Shown here piece by piece: positions 43,025-52,437 of a stretch of 64,000 nt of DNA (positions are counted from its first letter, which is position 1; the number at the start of each line of letters is the position of its first letter). Both the position numbers and the translations under genes were made by a program. The DNA is taken from IMG/VR virus record IMGVR_UViG_3300046163_000033, positions 5,521 to 69,520 of that record; one strand, written 5' to 3'. The DNA is from a virus. Under the pieces are notes generated by a model. The model was not told where the DNA came from, ran no database searches, and saw only the letters and a list, made by a program, of their open reading frames with translations.

Positions 43025-43228
43025 TTACTTTGCAGATACGTGTCTTCTACCACCACCATTATTAGCTTGAGCCTTTTTAGTAACTGGTCCTGAGCTATAA
43101 GGTACTGGAGCTTGAGATATTTTCATGCAGTTGCTACCGTATCTTGAGTTGCCTGGTACTAAATTACTAGGTTTAAGACCTGCTTCCCATATTACGTTTT
43201 GTCCGTATTGTCCTGGTTGTTTTGCCAT
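43025..43228 (-). CDS. Small hypothetical protein
   Basis: 67-aa ORF packed in the operon. Confidence 0.55.
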   Translation of the reverse strand: MAKQPGQYGQNVIWEAGLKPSNLVPGNSRYGSNCMKISQAPVPYSSGPVTKKAQANNGGGRRHVSAK

Positions 43229-43232
43229 AATA

Positions 43233-43802
43233 TTATTTTCTTATTTTTATTCTACCTTGATCTTCAAGATCCTGTACGCCTACTTGAAAATATTCCTCTT
43301 TGTTTATTTTAGCGTTATCTATATAATCATCTTCATCTATCATTTTTCCTTTTTGCCCTCTAAAATTGTTTGGCAAAAATAAAGTATCTTTACTTCTGTC
43401 TTCAGTTCCTGGTTGCCAAACTCCAGGTCTTTGATTTACAACATATGGCCTACCTTTATTTGTATCAGCATGAGGATAGTCAGTTTGTTTAGCTGGAGAG
43501 CTATAAACATTAGGATGATTTTTTTCCTGCAAAGCTTGTTTGTATTCTTTTTCAGTATTAACATAGCCACTTATGCCATAACTAGCGTCACTGCCTTTTT
43601 GTAACTTAGGATCATTCTGTACAGTTTGCATTTTACCTTTCTTTTGCTGCATCATAGGTGATTGAACCTCTGGCACAGGAACTGGTTGTGACATTCTATT
43701 AGCTAAGAAGTTTTGTTCAGTCTGAAGAGGATCATTTAATTGACCCATAGACTGTTGATCCTTAAAGCTAATGAACTTATTAGGGTTGATAGGATTTATC
43801 AT
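43233..43802 (-). CDS. Hypothetical low-complexity protein
   Basis: 189 aa, Q/P/K-rich, SSPAKQ motif. Confidence 0.55.
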   Translation of the reverse strand: MINPINPNKFISFKDQQSMGQLNDPLQTEQNFLANRMSQPVPVPEVQSPMMQQKKGKMQTVQNDPKLQKGSDASYGISGYVNTEKEYKQALQEKNHPNVYSSPAKQTDYPHADTNKGRPYVVNQRPGVWQPGTEDRSKDTLFLPNNFRGQKGKMIDEDDYIDNAKINKEEYFQVGVQDLEDQGRIKIRK

Positions 43803-43906
43803 TTTTTCTTTTCTTCTAACTTCTTAATAATACTTTTTAAAGCATCAATTTTTTTGTCAAGCTTAGAATAGTCTTTTTTTTCTACTTTCTTTTCTTTTTT
43901 TGCCAT
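43799..43906 (-). CDS. Very small Lys-rich protein (35 aa)
   Basis: MAKKKEKVEKKDYSKLDKKIDALKSIIKKLEEKKK; ATGA overlap with the next gene. Confidence 0.45.
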   Translation of the reverse strand: MAKKEKKVEKKDYSKLDKKIDALKSIIKKLEEKKK

Positions 43907-43908
43907 GA

Positions 43909-44352
43909 TTATCTATTTTTATCTTTATTAACGTGTTCTATGGATGTTATCATTACTTTATCCATATAGGTTTTACCTTTCATTATTTTATTACGATGTA
44001 ATGATGTAGGTATATCTTCTTCGCCTAGCATAATACGGTACATCCGACTTATAAGTTGTTTACACTTGAAGGAAACTTTATAGATATTGTACTTTTGAGT
44101 TGTGCGGTTATGTTTTCTCCAAACCGTTATCCAATCTTCTTTAAGTAATCTGTTCCAGCGTCTGTTGTCCCAACTATAAGAATATGTACCGATTTTAAAA
44201 TCTTCTCTTGTAAAAAGATCCATGCAATCGAAGTATATTAGTAATTCTAAATCCGCATCATTTAAGTTGTTATTTTTGCAAGCCCACTTTCTGATTATTC
44301 TATAATGTTTTAAAAGATTTAAATTTCTAACATCAGAAGCCTCTAGTCTCAT
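43909..44352 (-). CDS. Hypothetical protein (possible winged-helix)
   Basis: 147 aa; LKHYRIIRKWACK..L..ADLELL. Confidence 0.6.
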   Translation of the reverse strand: MRLEASDVRNLNLLKHYRIIRKWACKNNNLNDADLELLIYFDCMDLFTREDFKIGTYSYSWDNRRWNRLLKEDWITVWRKHNRTTQKYNIYKVSFKCKQLISRMYRIMLGEEDIPTSLHRNKIMKGKTYMDKVMITSIEHVNKDKNR

Positions 44353-44609
44353 AACACTACTACAACGTGATTAACGTGAACCACGGTATAGATTTCTTTT
44401 CTTATTTCTATTTGATGTGAATTATTTTTATCAAAATAAATAACATCGTTTTCTTTTATTCCAGTTATATCACTACCGGCTGATACTATAACACCTTCAG
44501 TATATCTAATATCTTCTCTCTGTTTTTCAGCTAAAAAAAGACCACCTTTTGTTTCAGAAATACCTTGTTTACTGGTTTTTACTATTAAATTTTTACCTAT
44601 TGCTTTCAT
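44349..44609 (-). CDS. groES: Co-chaperonin GroES
   Basis: [10 protein letters not shown], mobile loop [24 protein letters not shown]; directly downstream of groEL. Confidence 0.85.
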   Translation of the reverse strand: MKAIGKNLIVKTSKQGISETKGGLFLAEKQREDIRYTEGVIVSAGSDITGIKENDVIYFDKNNSHQIEIRKEIYTVVHVNHVVVVL

Positions 44610-46147
44610 TAATTCTAAGATTATTAATTACACAATCAGTTGATAAAATAGTAGTAGCTACAGATGCTGCATTTTTTAAAGCGCTTTTTGTGACAAGTAA
44701 AGGATCAATAATCCCTGACTCAATCATATTTACCATATTTCCTGTAACAACATCTAATTCCATCTCCCAATTCTTTTGGTGCTTGGTAATCTGTGATACC
44801 AGCATTACTTAGAATTGTTTTAAACGGAGCTTGAATCGCTGCATATAAAACTTTTTGACCTTCACTATGTGGAAATAATTTAGAAGCATTTAATAATGCA
44901 ACACCACCACCAGGTACAATACCTTGTTTAATTGCTGCTTTAGTAGCACATATAGCGTCTTCTATTCTATCTCGTTTTTCTTGTAATTCAATTTCTGAAT
45001 TAGCACCTACTTGAACAATAGCAACTTTACCAGATAGTCTAGCTAATCTTTTTTCATTTTTAACTATAATAGCAGGTATTTTAGTTTCAGCAATAGTATT
45101 TTTAATTTCATTAATTAAATCTTTTACTTCTTGAGTTGTTTCACCTACTTGTATAATTGTTTCTGCTTCACTAGATACAGACTTTAAACATTGACCTAAC
45201 TGTTCTGGTTGTATTAAATCTATATCATCTCCTAAGTCTTCATTTATAATTGTAGCTCCTGTAAGCAAAGCAAGATCACGTAGTGTTTCTTTTTTACTAA
45301 TACCGTATGTAGGTGCATCAATTATATTAACTTTTATATTGCCTTTAATTTTATTCATAGCTAATGCAGACATTACTTGTGGTTCTGCATCACCTATAAT
45401 TAATAAAGACTTGTTATTTTTAATAACATATTCTAGTACACTTTGTATTTTTCTAATATTATCTATCTGTGATTCAACTAATAAAACTAATGGATTATCT
45501 AGTTCAGCTGTTTTAATATCTTGATTAGTTACAAAATGTATATTTTTTAATCCTTTATCGTACTGTATACCATCAATAACTTCAAAGCTTGTCTCTGACA
45601 TTTCTGTTGTTTCCATCATTACTACACCATGTTCACCAACAGATCTAAATGCATCGGCTATAATTTTACCTAGCTCTGGATCGTTATTTGTAGAGATAGT
45701 AGCTACTTGATCAATCATTTCACCCTTAACAGGTATTGCTACAGTTTCTAAATATTCTACACAGCTTTATCTGTTGCTGTTCTATAGCTTTTTTAAATCT
45801 CTAGAGTTTTCTTTTGTTGCAACTTTATAAGCTTCTTCTAAAATAGCATGAGCTAGAACTGTTGCAGTGGTTGTACCATCACCAGCTTCTCTAACTGTTT
45901 TTCTAGCTGCTTGTCTTAATAATGTTGCTCCCATATTTTCTACAGGATCTAATAGTGTTATAGCGTCAGCTACTGTTACACCATCTTTTGTTATAATAGG
46001 TTCACCGGTTTGATCTTCTAACATAACACACTTACCACTAGCTCCAAGAGTGGAGCTAACGGCTTGTGTAAGTTTTGTAATACCAGCAAACACATTGTTT
46101 TTAGCATCAGAACCAAAGTTCAGATTCTTTACAATTGCATTTGACAT
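44593..46147 (-). CDS. groEL: Chaperonin GroEL (two frameshifts)
   Basis: [74 protein letters not shown]; no GGM tail. Confidence 0.93.
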
Positions 46148-46179
46148 AATTTAATTTAATTTGATTTGATTGATTGATA

Positions 46180-46479
46180 TTATTTAAACGTCTTAACTAC
46201 TTTAGGTCCTTTTAAGAAATCTACTTTCTTTGCATAGTGATCAACACTACCATCAATTGCAGTCTCTGCGGCTTCCATAGTTTCACGTCTTGTTACATCG
46301 TACCATTTGTCTTTTTCTACAAGGTCACGGTGTTCGGTTTGAAAATAACCATTAGGTAACTGTACTATTCTCCAATGTTTCTTTTTGGATAAATGTTTCC
46401 AGATCTTAATAGTTTCTTCGGTAATCTGCGGTGTTTGTGGTTGGCCCATACTTGAGCTCAACGAATAAAAATAAGTCAT
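46180..46479 (-). CDS. Hypothetical protein
   Basis: 99 aa; WRIVQLPNGYFQTE, DVTRRET. Confidence 0.65.
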   Translation of the reverse strand: MTYFYSLSSSMGQPQTPQITEETIKIWKHLSKKKHWRIVQLPNGYFQTEHRDLVEKDKWYDVTRRETMEAAETAIDGSVDHYAKKVDFLKGPKVVKTFK

Positions 46480-46550
46480 CGTGTTTTGGTTTTAAGGGTT
46501 AAACTTTATTTTTGGTTAATATTGCCTCGCTAGCAATATAGGTTTAATTA

Positions 46551-46562
46551 TAGTATCACTTG
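46551..46562 (-). promoter_or_regulatory. Candidate phage promoter motif CAAGTGATACTA
   Basis: Intergenic, preceded by an A-run, at the head of the chaperonin block. Confidence 0.5.
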
Positions 46563-46580
46563 TTTTTTATAAAACTTACA

Positions 46581-46952
46581 CTATTCTTCCACTGGTGGCA
46601 CTGGTGGTGCAGGTGGCATGTTCCATGTAAAATATAAATCTTCATTTACAGGTGTTATTTGTTTTTGTATTTGAGCATCAATACTTGTTTTCATAGCGTC
46701 AACATCTAATGCTCCTTCAAGCCACCCGATCACTACGTTTTCAAAAGCTTCAGTATCTGCGTAAGGTACAAAAGGTTCTCCAGCTACATAAGTAAAGCTT
46801 TGAGCGCCTATTTGACTTGCTTGATATTGTTGTCCTCCAGACTCTTCTACTCCTTGATAAGTCCAGTGTACTGTAAAAATCACATTATCCTCGCCTTCAG
46901 CTTGGATATGTGCATTCATTTGGTTAATGTTCCATTTGTAAGTAATTGCCAT
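46581..46952 (-). CDS. Tail fibre-associated hypothetical protein
   Basis: MAITYKWNI...NVIFTVHW...VIGWLEGAL; last gene of the fibre cluster. Confidence 0.55.
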   Translation of the reverse strand: MAITYKWNINQMNAHIQAEGEDNVIFTVHWTYQGVEESGGQQYQASQIGAQSFTYVAGEPFVPYADTEAFENVVIGWLEGALDVDAMKTSIDAQIQKQITPVNEDLYFTWNMPPAPPVPPVEE

Positions 46953-46970
46953 TTTTATTGTTTTAATTTA

Positions 46971-47375
46971 TTAGTATATTGCTGTTATAGTTATATTACC
47001 ACTTGTACCAAAAGGATTTGCTGACGCTGAATAAGTAAATTGACCAAAACCAGCAGTCCATGATGATTTTTGTGGAAAAGATGTTCCGTTTATTGTTATG
47101 TTTGTCCAATCTGGATATGGAAAATTATCAAACCATAAAAAAACCTCACCTCCATTGTTATTTGTCCAACCAAGTCTTATTATATCATTTCCATCAAAAT
47201 CTTGATCAGTCATAAGTCCATATGAGTTTTCTATAAAACCATAATAGTTTTTAATTCCACTACCAGGGTTAAAAGTCCAAGAACCTACAGTCATAGTTGA
47301 AGTAAAATCATAAGCAACACAATCTTGGTCATATCCGTACCAGGCTGAAAAATTATAAGGACAAGCTATAGACAT
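46971..47375 (-). CDS. Small tail/adhesin-like protein
   Basis: Aromatic- and Gly-rich 134-aa ORF (FSAWYGYDQD). Confidence 0.5.
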   Translation of the reverse strand: MSIACPYNFSAWYGYDQDCVAYDFTSTMTVGSWTFNPGSGIKNYYGFIENSYGLMTDQDFDGNDIIRLGWTNNNGGEVFLWFDNFPYPDWTNITINGTSFPQKSSWTAGFGQFTYSASANPFGTSGNITITAIY

Positions 47376-47385
47376 AGTTTATTTT

Positions 47386-47871
47386 TTAAAAAGCTGCACA
47401 ATCAATGTAGGTTATTACTCCTGATGCATTTGTCTTAATAACGGTTGCATCGTTACCCGCAGTTTGACACCACGACCAACACTGCATAGTTGGATATTGA
47501 TCCCAAAATAATTCTCCTTGCCTTTCAGGAACAGTTGTTGTTAACGCAGGGTTTGTGTATAAAGTATCACCAACTGCCAAGTCTTGAACTGTAGCCGCTT
47601 GAGAAGTATTAAAATAAAAAGTTTGTGTTTGAGGATAAGAACCAGGAACGCCGATATATTTTAATTCTCCGTCTGATCCATTCGCAACAGGATTAGGTGT
47701 GCAAGCTTGATTAACTGTTGGATATGAATTACCTGAACCTTTTGTATTGCCACCATTAATCATATCATATAAAGATATTGGTCCAGTTACAGTACCAGAA
47801 CCATAAGTTGCATATAATGCTTCTTGAGCCATTGCTAGCTGAGATAATGATCCTGAAGTTGGTACTGCCAT
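47386..47871 (-). CDS. Small tail/adhesin-like protein
   Basis: MAVPTSGSLS start, directly after an S74-chaperone fibre gene. Confidence 0.55.
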   Translation of the reverse strand: MAVPTSGSLSQLAMAQEALYATYGSGTVTGPISLYDMINGGNTKGSGNSYPTVNQACTPNPVANGSDGELKYIGVPGSYPQTQTFYFNTSQAATVQDLAVGDTLYTNPALTTTVPERQGELFWDQYPTMQCWSWCQTAGNDATVIKTNASGVITYIDCAAF

Positions 47872-50800
47872 TATTTATTACAATTACATTTATTTGACTT
47901 TAATTCCTCTATTTCAGCTTTTAATTCTTTTATTGCCTCAAGTAATATTGGTGCTATACCTTGATGTCTCATCGATAACATCCCGTCTTTATTTTCTCTT
48001 ACAAGCTCTGGCATAACTTTTTGTACATCTTGAGCTATAAAACCAACGTCTTCTTTTATATCTAATATACTGTCAGATTTTTTCCAATCAAATGTTACAC
48101 CTTGTAGTTTACTTACTTTATCTAAAGCTGATTTAATAGGTTTAATATTTTCTTTTAATCTAACATCAGATGGTGAACCATACGCTACCACATCACCTAC
48201 AACAGTTAAAGAAGTATCAGTAAATAATGCTGAAGCCAGCATGTTGGTACCATCATAACTTCTTACTGCAAATCTATATGCTGATATTGTAGCACCAACA
48301 TTAGATTGATCATATAAAGTAGCTGTACTAGTTGTAGGATTTGAGTGATTAGCTCTAAACCTATATGAATCAGTAACAGCGTCTCCAGTTATTGTAAGAT
48401 CTCCAGTATAAGAACCAGACATTGTAATATCGTTTGCATTAGCCGTTATACCGTTACCACCAATAACATTTAATGTAACACCACCACTTGTTCCACCACC
48501 AGTCATACCTGTACCAGCGGTCACGCTAGTTATATCACCTGTTGTTGGTGGAGCTGTCCATACTAAATTTATAGAACCTGAAGCTTTTGATAGATAATAA
48601 CCTGTTCCAGGTGCTGCGGTTTTTGGCATTCTCCAAAACGTATTGGCTATTGTTGAAGTTGCTGTTGGGCCAGTTAATTCTAAATTACCATTACCATATA
48701 GTTTAAATAAAGTATCAGTTACTCTTGCGTTGCTACTACTTGAATTTAAATATTCATTTATAAGGGCAAAATAATAAGTTGCGTTTTCAGCTGGTGTAAC
48801 AATACCTGGATTAAAGTAAATTTCATTTTCTCTACTTCCACCAGAGTTGTTATAAACAAAAGCCATACCTTGATCGTTTGTAGGAGCTGTAGTTGCGGCA
48901 TTACCAGCTACATATAAATAAGCATCAGATCCAGAACCGTTCATCAATATTCTTTGATTTGTGGTATCTCCTCTTGCTGTAACTGATTGTAAAGTGTCAG
49001 CTTCTGTGTATGAAGTTAAATACCCACTGTCATTGGTCCACATGGATATATTACCTGATTTGTTGGTTAAAGTACTTGTGCTTACGTTAGAAACTAAAGT
49101 TGAACTTGAACCAGCTGGTAATAACATTGTGTTAGTTACACCAGCGCTATGAGGTTGTGATTTTAATATTTGACCGTGAGTACCCGCATAGCACATTAAT
49201 TTAATACCACCATCAACGGTGCCAGCACCATCAATTTGTACTAAACCAGCTGAAGGAGAAATTTGATCAATTACAGGTGTAGTTAATGTTTTATTAGTTA
49301 AAGTTTGTGTACCTGTTAATGTAACTACGGTGCTGTCTATAGAAAATTCTTCATTTGATAAACTTAAACCTGTTCCAGCCGTATATTGTGTGTCATCATT
49401 AGGTGGTGTAGCCCAAGCGTTATCACCTCTTAAAAAAGTTGAACTACTAGCTGTTCCTGATGCGGATAAATCTAAAGTTGTTTGAGCCGAAGCAGCGGCA
49501 GGTGTTGTTTTTATAAAAGTTCCAGCTGTTAATTGTATGGTTGATGCAGTGCCTGCGCTTGGTGTTATAGTTACATTAGTGTTATTACTACCAGGAGCTG
49601 CCACACTAATCGTATAAGTTATAGGTTGAGTGTCAGCATCATCTCTCCAAGCTGGATTACCTGATGCATCTGTTTTCCAAACTTTACTAGCGACAGCACC
49701 TGGGGCAGCTACATAACCCGGAATTGTTTTTGTGTTAGCATTCCAAGTATTTGTTGCGGTTTATAGTTAACAAATCAGCTGCTCTTGTAAAAGTAATATT
49801 AGAGCCTTGTTTGAATACCATTGTATCTTGTTCAGTTCCATCGTTAGATAAAACTAAATCATATTCTCCAGCTGTAGAACTTGCTGCACCAGCTAAAGTG
49901 TATTGATCGTTATCATTAGCCGCAGCAATAGTTAAAGAATTTGCCGCTCTTGTAAACGTAATGTTAGAACCTTTTTTAAACACCATTGTGTTCTGAGCTG
50001 TTCCATCGGCTGATAAAACTAAATTATAATTAGCAGCAACACTTCCATCAGCAGCTCCAGCTAAAGTGTATAACGTGTTATCATTGTCATTAGGTGATGT
50101 TAATGTCATCACATAAGGATCGGTAGTTGTACCTGCTCCAGCTAATCCTGTAGCTAAAGCTCCAGTTGCAGTTTTAAATTGTAAAAACTCACCAGTAAGC
50201 AAAGTTTTATTTACAGGTGTAGACGCATTGTCTCTTACTTTCCAACTATATGTTCCACCACTTGACCAAGGCACGTTAACAACCATTTTTCTATCAGCAG
50301 CAGTAGAATTATTATCAAGTTGAACAGCGTAATATCTTGTAGAATCAGTTGATAAACTATTAGTTGCATGACTAGCAGCAGTTGTATCTATATCTGCTGA
50401 AAATACAAAATTAGACAAACTTAAACCTGCGCCCGCTGTATACGTGTTTTGAGTGTTTGTATCAGGCGACGTAAGCGTCATTATATAAGGATCACCAGTG
50501 CTACCAGCTCCTGTAAGTGCCGTACCTAATGTTCCTGTTGCTGTAACAAACTTTAAATACTTTAAATTATTAACTGTTTTATCTGCATCATCAGAGTCTC
50601 TTATGTACCAAGTTGTATTTTCTTGAGTATCTGTAGCTGCAATAGTAAAGTTATCTGCATCGGTGTATGTAAAAGTTATATTAGCACCCTTAACTATTTT
50701 TATATCTTGTGTTCCACTTCCAGCGCCACTTAAAACTTTTCTTAATATTATATCGTTTGTAGATGCTTGCCAAGAGTTTGTATATATGTTTTGTGTATTA

Positions 50801-52434
50801 GTATCTGTAGTATAACTAGGAACATCCCAGGTGTTATCTTTACTTAAAAACTTTGTACTAGTATCAGAAGTGCCATCTTGTGCACTTAGATCAGCTGTAA
50901 CAGTCACAGCACCAGTAGTTGCAGTATTAGGTGTTAAATCAATAAAAGTACCATCAGTAGTTGTTAAACTAGTTACACCAGCATTTGTAGCGGGTACTCT
51001 AGTCCAAGCAGTTCCATCATAAACACACCAATCACCTAAAGCCCAAGTGCTAGGTGGATTTGATCCACCATTTGGGTAAGCAGTTCCGGCAACATCACAT
51101 ATCCATAAAAACCCCGCGCCTTTGTTACCTGCTAAAGTTAAATTTGGATTACCACCGCCTCCGCCTGAAGCATCCCATGTGCCTTGAAATTGTAGTCCTG
51201 TAGGTATTGATGCCCAAGTTCCATCACCTTTTAAATAAGTTGTTCCAGTTCCACCTTCAGGTACGTAACCCACATTAGCACCACCAATATATTTAGCCGA
51301 TGTTAAAGTTAATTCTCTGTTAGCTATACTTTCAACTAAAGGCGCACCTGCTGAATCCGCTGTGGCTAAAGTTACTCCTGTTACACCAGTATCTGTACCA
51401 GTTAAAGTTATTGTATTTCCTGTTTGTGCAGCTGTAACACTACCACTACCTAATATTAAAACCGTTCCACCACTGTTACTTAATAACACACCGGAATTAG
51501 TGTTGTCTGATCCAGTACCGGTAATAGTTTGAAATGGATTTTGTGTATCTGTCCAAGGTACATTAACAAACATTTGATCTGAACTAAGCTCTACAGGGTA
51601 GTTTTTAGCATTTTCTGTATAACCAATTTTAACACCACCTAAATCTGAAGACGTAGCAACTGGTAAAACATAAGGCGTGTCAGTCCAGGGAACATTGACA
51701 AACATTTTTTCACTACTTAGTTCTACAGGATAATTTTTTGCATTTTCTACATAACCTATCTGTACACCACCTCTTGTGCCATCAGCGGCTAAAGGTAGAG
51801 TGTATATTGTATCCGTCCAAGGTACATTTACAAACGCTTGTTCATTTGATAATTCTAATGGATAATTTTTACCAGCTTCTGTATAACCTATTTTTATACC
51901 ACCAAGAACTGCAGTTGTAGCAACTGGTAAAACATAAGGTGTTGGTATAGTTGGAAAAGTAACTAAGTTACCTAAACCATTTATGTATTGTGCAGCTGTA
52001 CCCGCACCTGTAACTGTTAAAACACCAGCTGTTGTTATAGGTGAATTAGCCACTGTAAATGCTGCAGGCATGGTAAGACCAACGCTTGTTACTGATGCAG
52101 GCGAATTAACTATCCAAGATGTACCAGTCACTGTTGATGATAAAACTTGGCCAGCTAAACCAGGTGATCCACTTGAATCATAAAATCTTCCTGTTACTTT
52201 TATATCACTAGTAAACGTAACTGCATTAGAAGTTGTAGCGCCTATGTTAGTTACTTGTTGTAAATTTTGAGCACCTGTTATTGGTGCAATCATATCTAAT
52301 AAACTTTGTATTGTAAAACTAACTGTAGGATTGTCATATATTGGTACAACTGCATTTTCATCTAATGTTACAGTTCCAATAAGTAAATCTTCCGGTTTTG
52401 GAGCATATTGAGGATACGAATATATTATTGCCAT
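47871..52434 (-). CDS. Long tail fibre with C-terminal intramolecular chaperone (peptidase S74); frameshift near 49755
   Basis: The 899-aa and 577-aa ORFs join through TNTWNANTKTIPGYVAAP. C-terminal SDVRLKENIKPI...GFIAQDV...LLEAIKEL. Confidence 0.8.
51544..51939 (-). repeat. Three tandem 132-bp (44-aa) repeats in the tail fibre
   Basis: xYxLPxAxxxxxGGxxIGYxExxKNYPxELSxxxxFVNVPWTDT, three copies. Confidence 0.9.
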
Positions 52435-52437
52435 TTA

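Noticed and set aside
1300-46147. Programmed ribosomal frameshifts or pseudogenes in ERF, terminase, portal, scaffold and groEL
   Set aside because: There are too many, mostly in A/T homopolymers of essential genes with intact catalytic motifs. Sequencing error is the simpler explanation.
11719-49760. Stop-codon reassignment (TAG/TGA recoding) as the cause of fragmented late genes
   Set aside because: At the breaks I checked (18495, 14220, 13870, 12010, 49755) the protein continues in a different frame and the stops are mostly TAA, so these are indels, not readthrough.
51544-51939. CRISPR array or DGR template/variable repeat
   Set aside because: The units are contiguous in-frame 132-bp coding repeats with no spacers, differences are not confined to adenines, and no Cas or reverse transcriptase gene is present.
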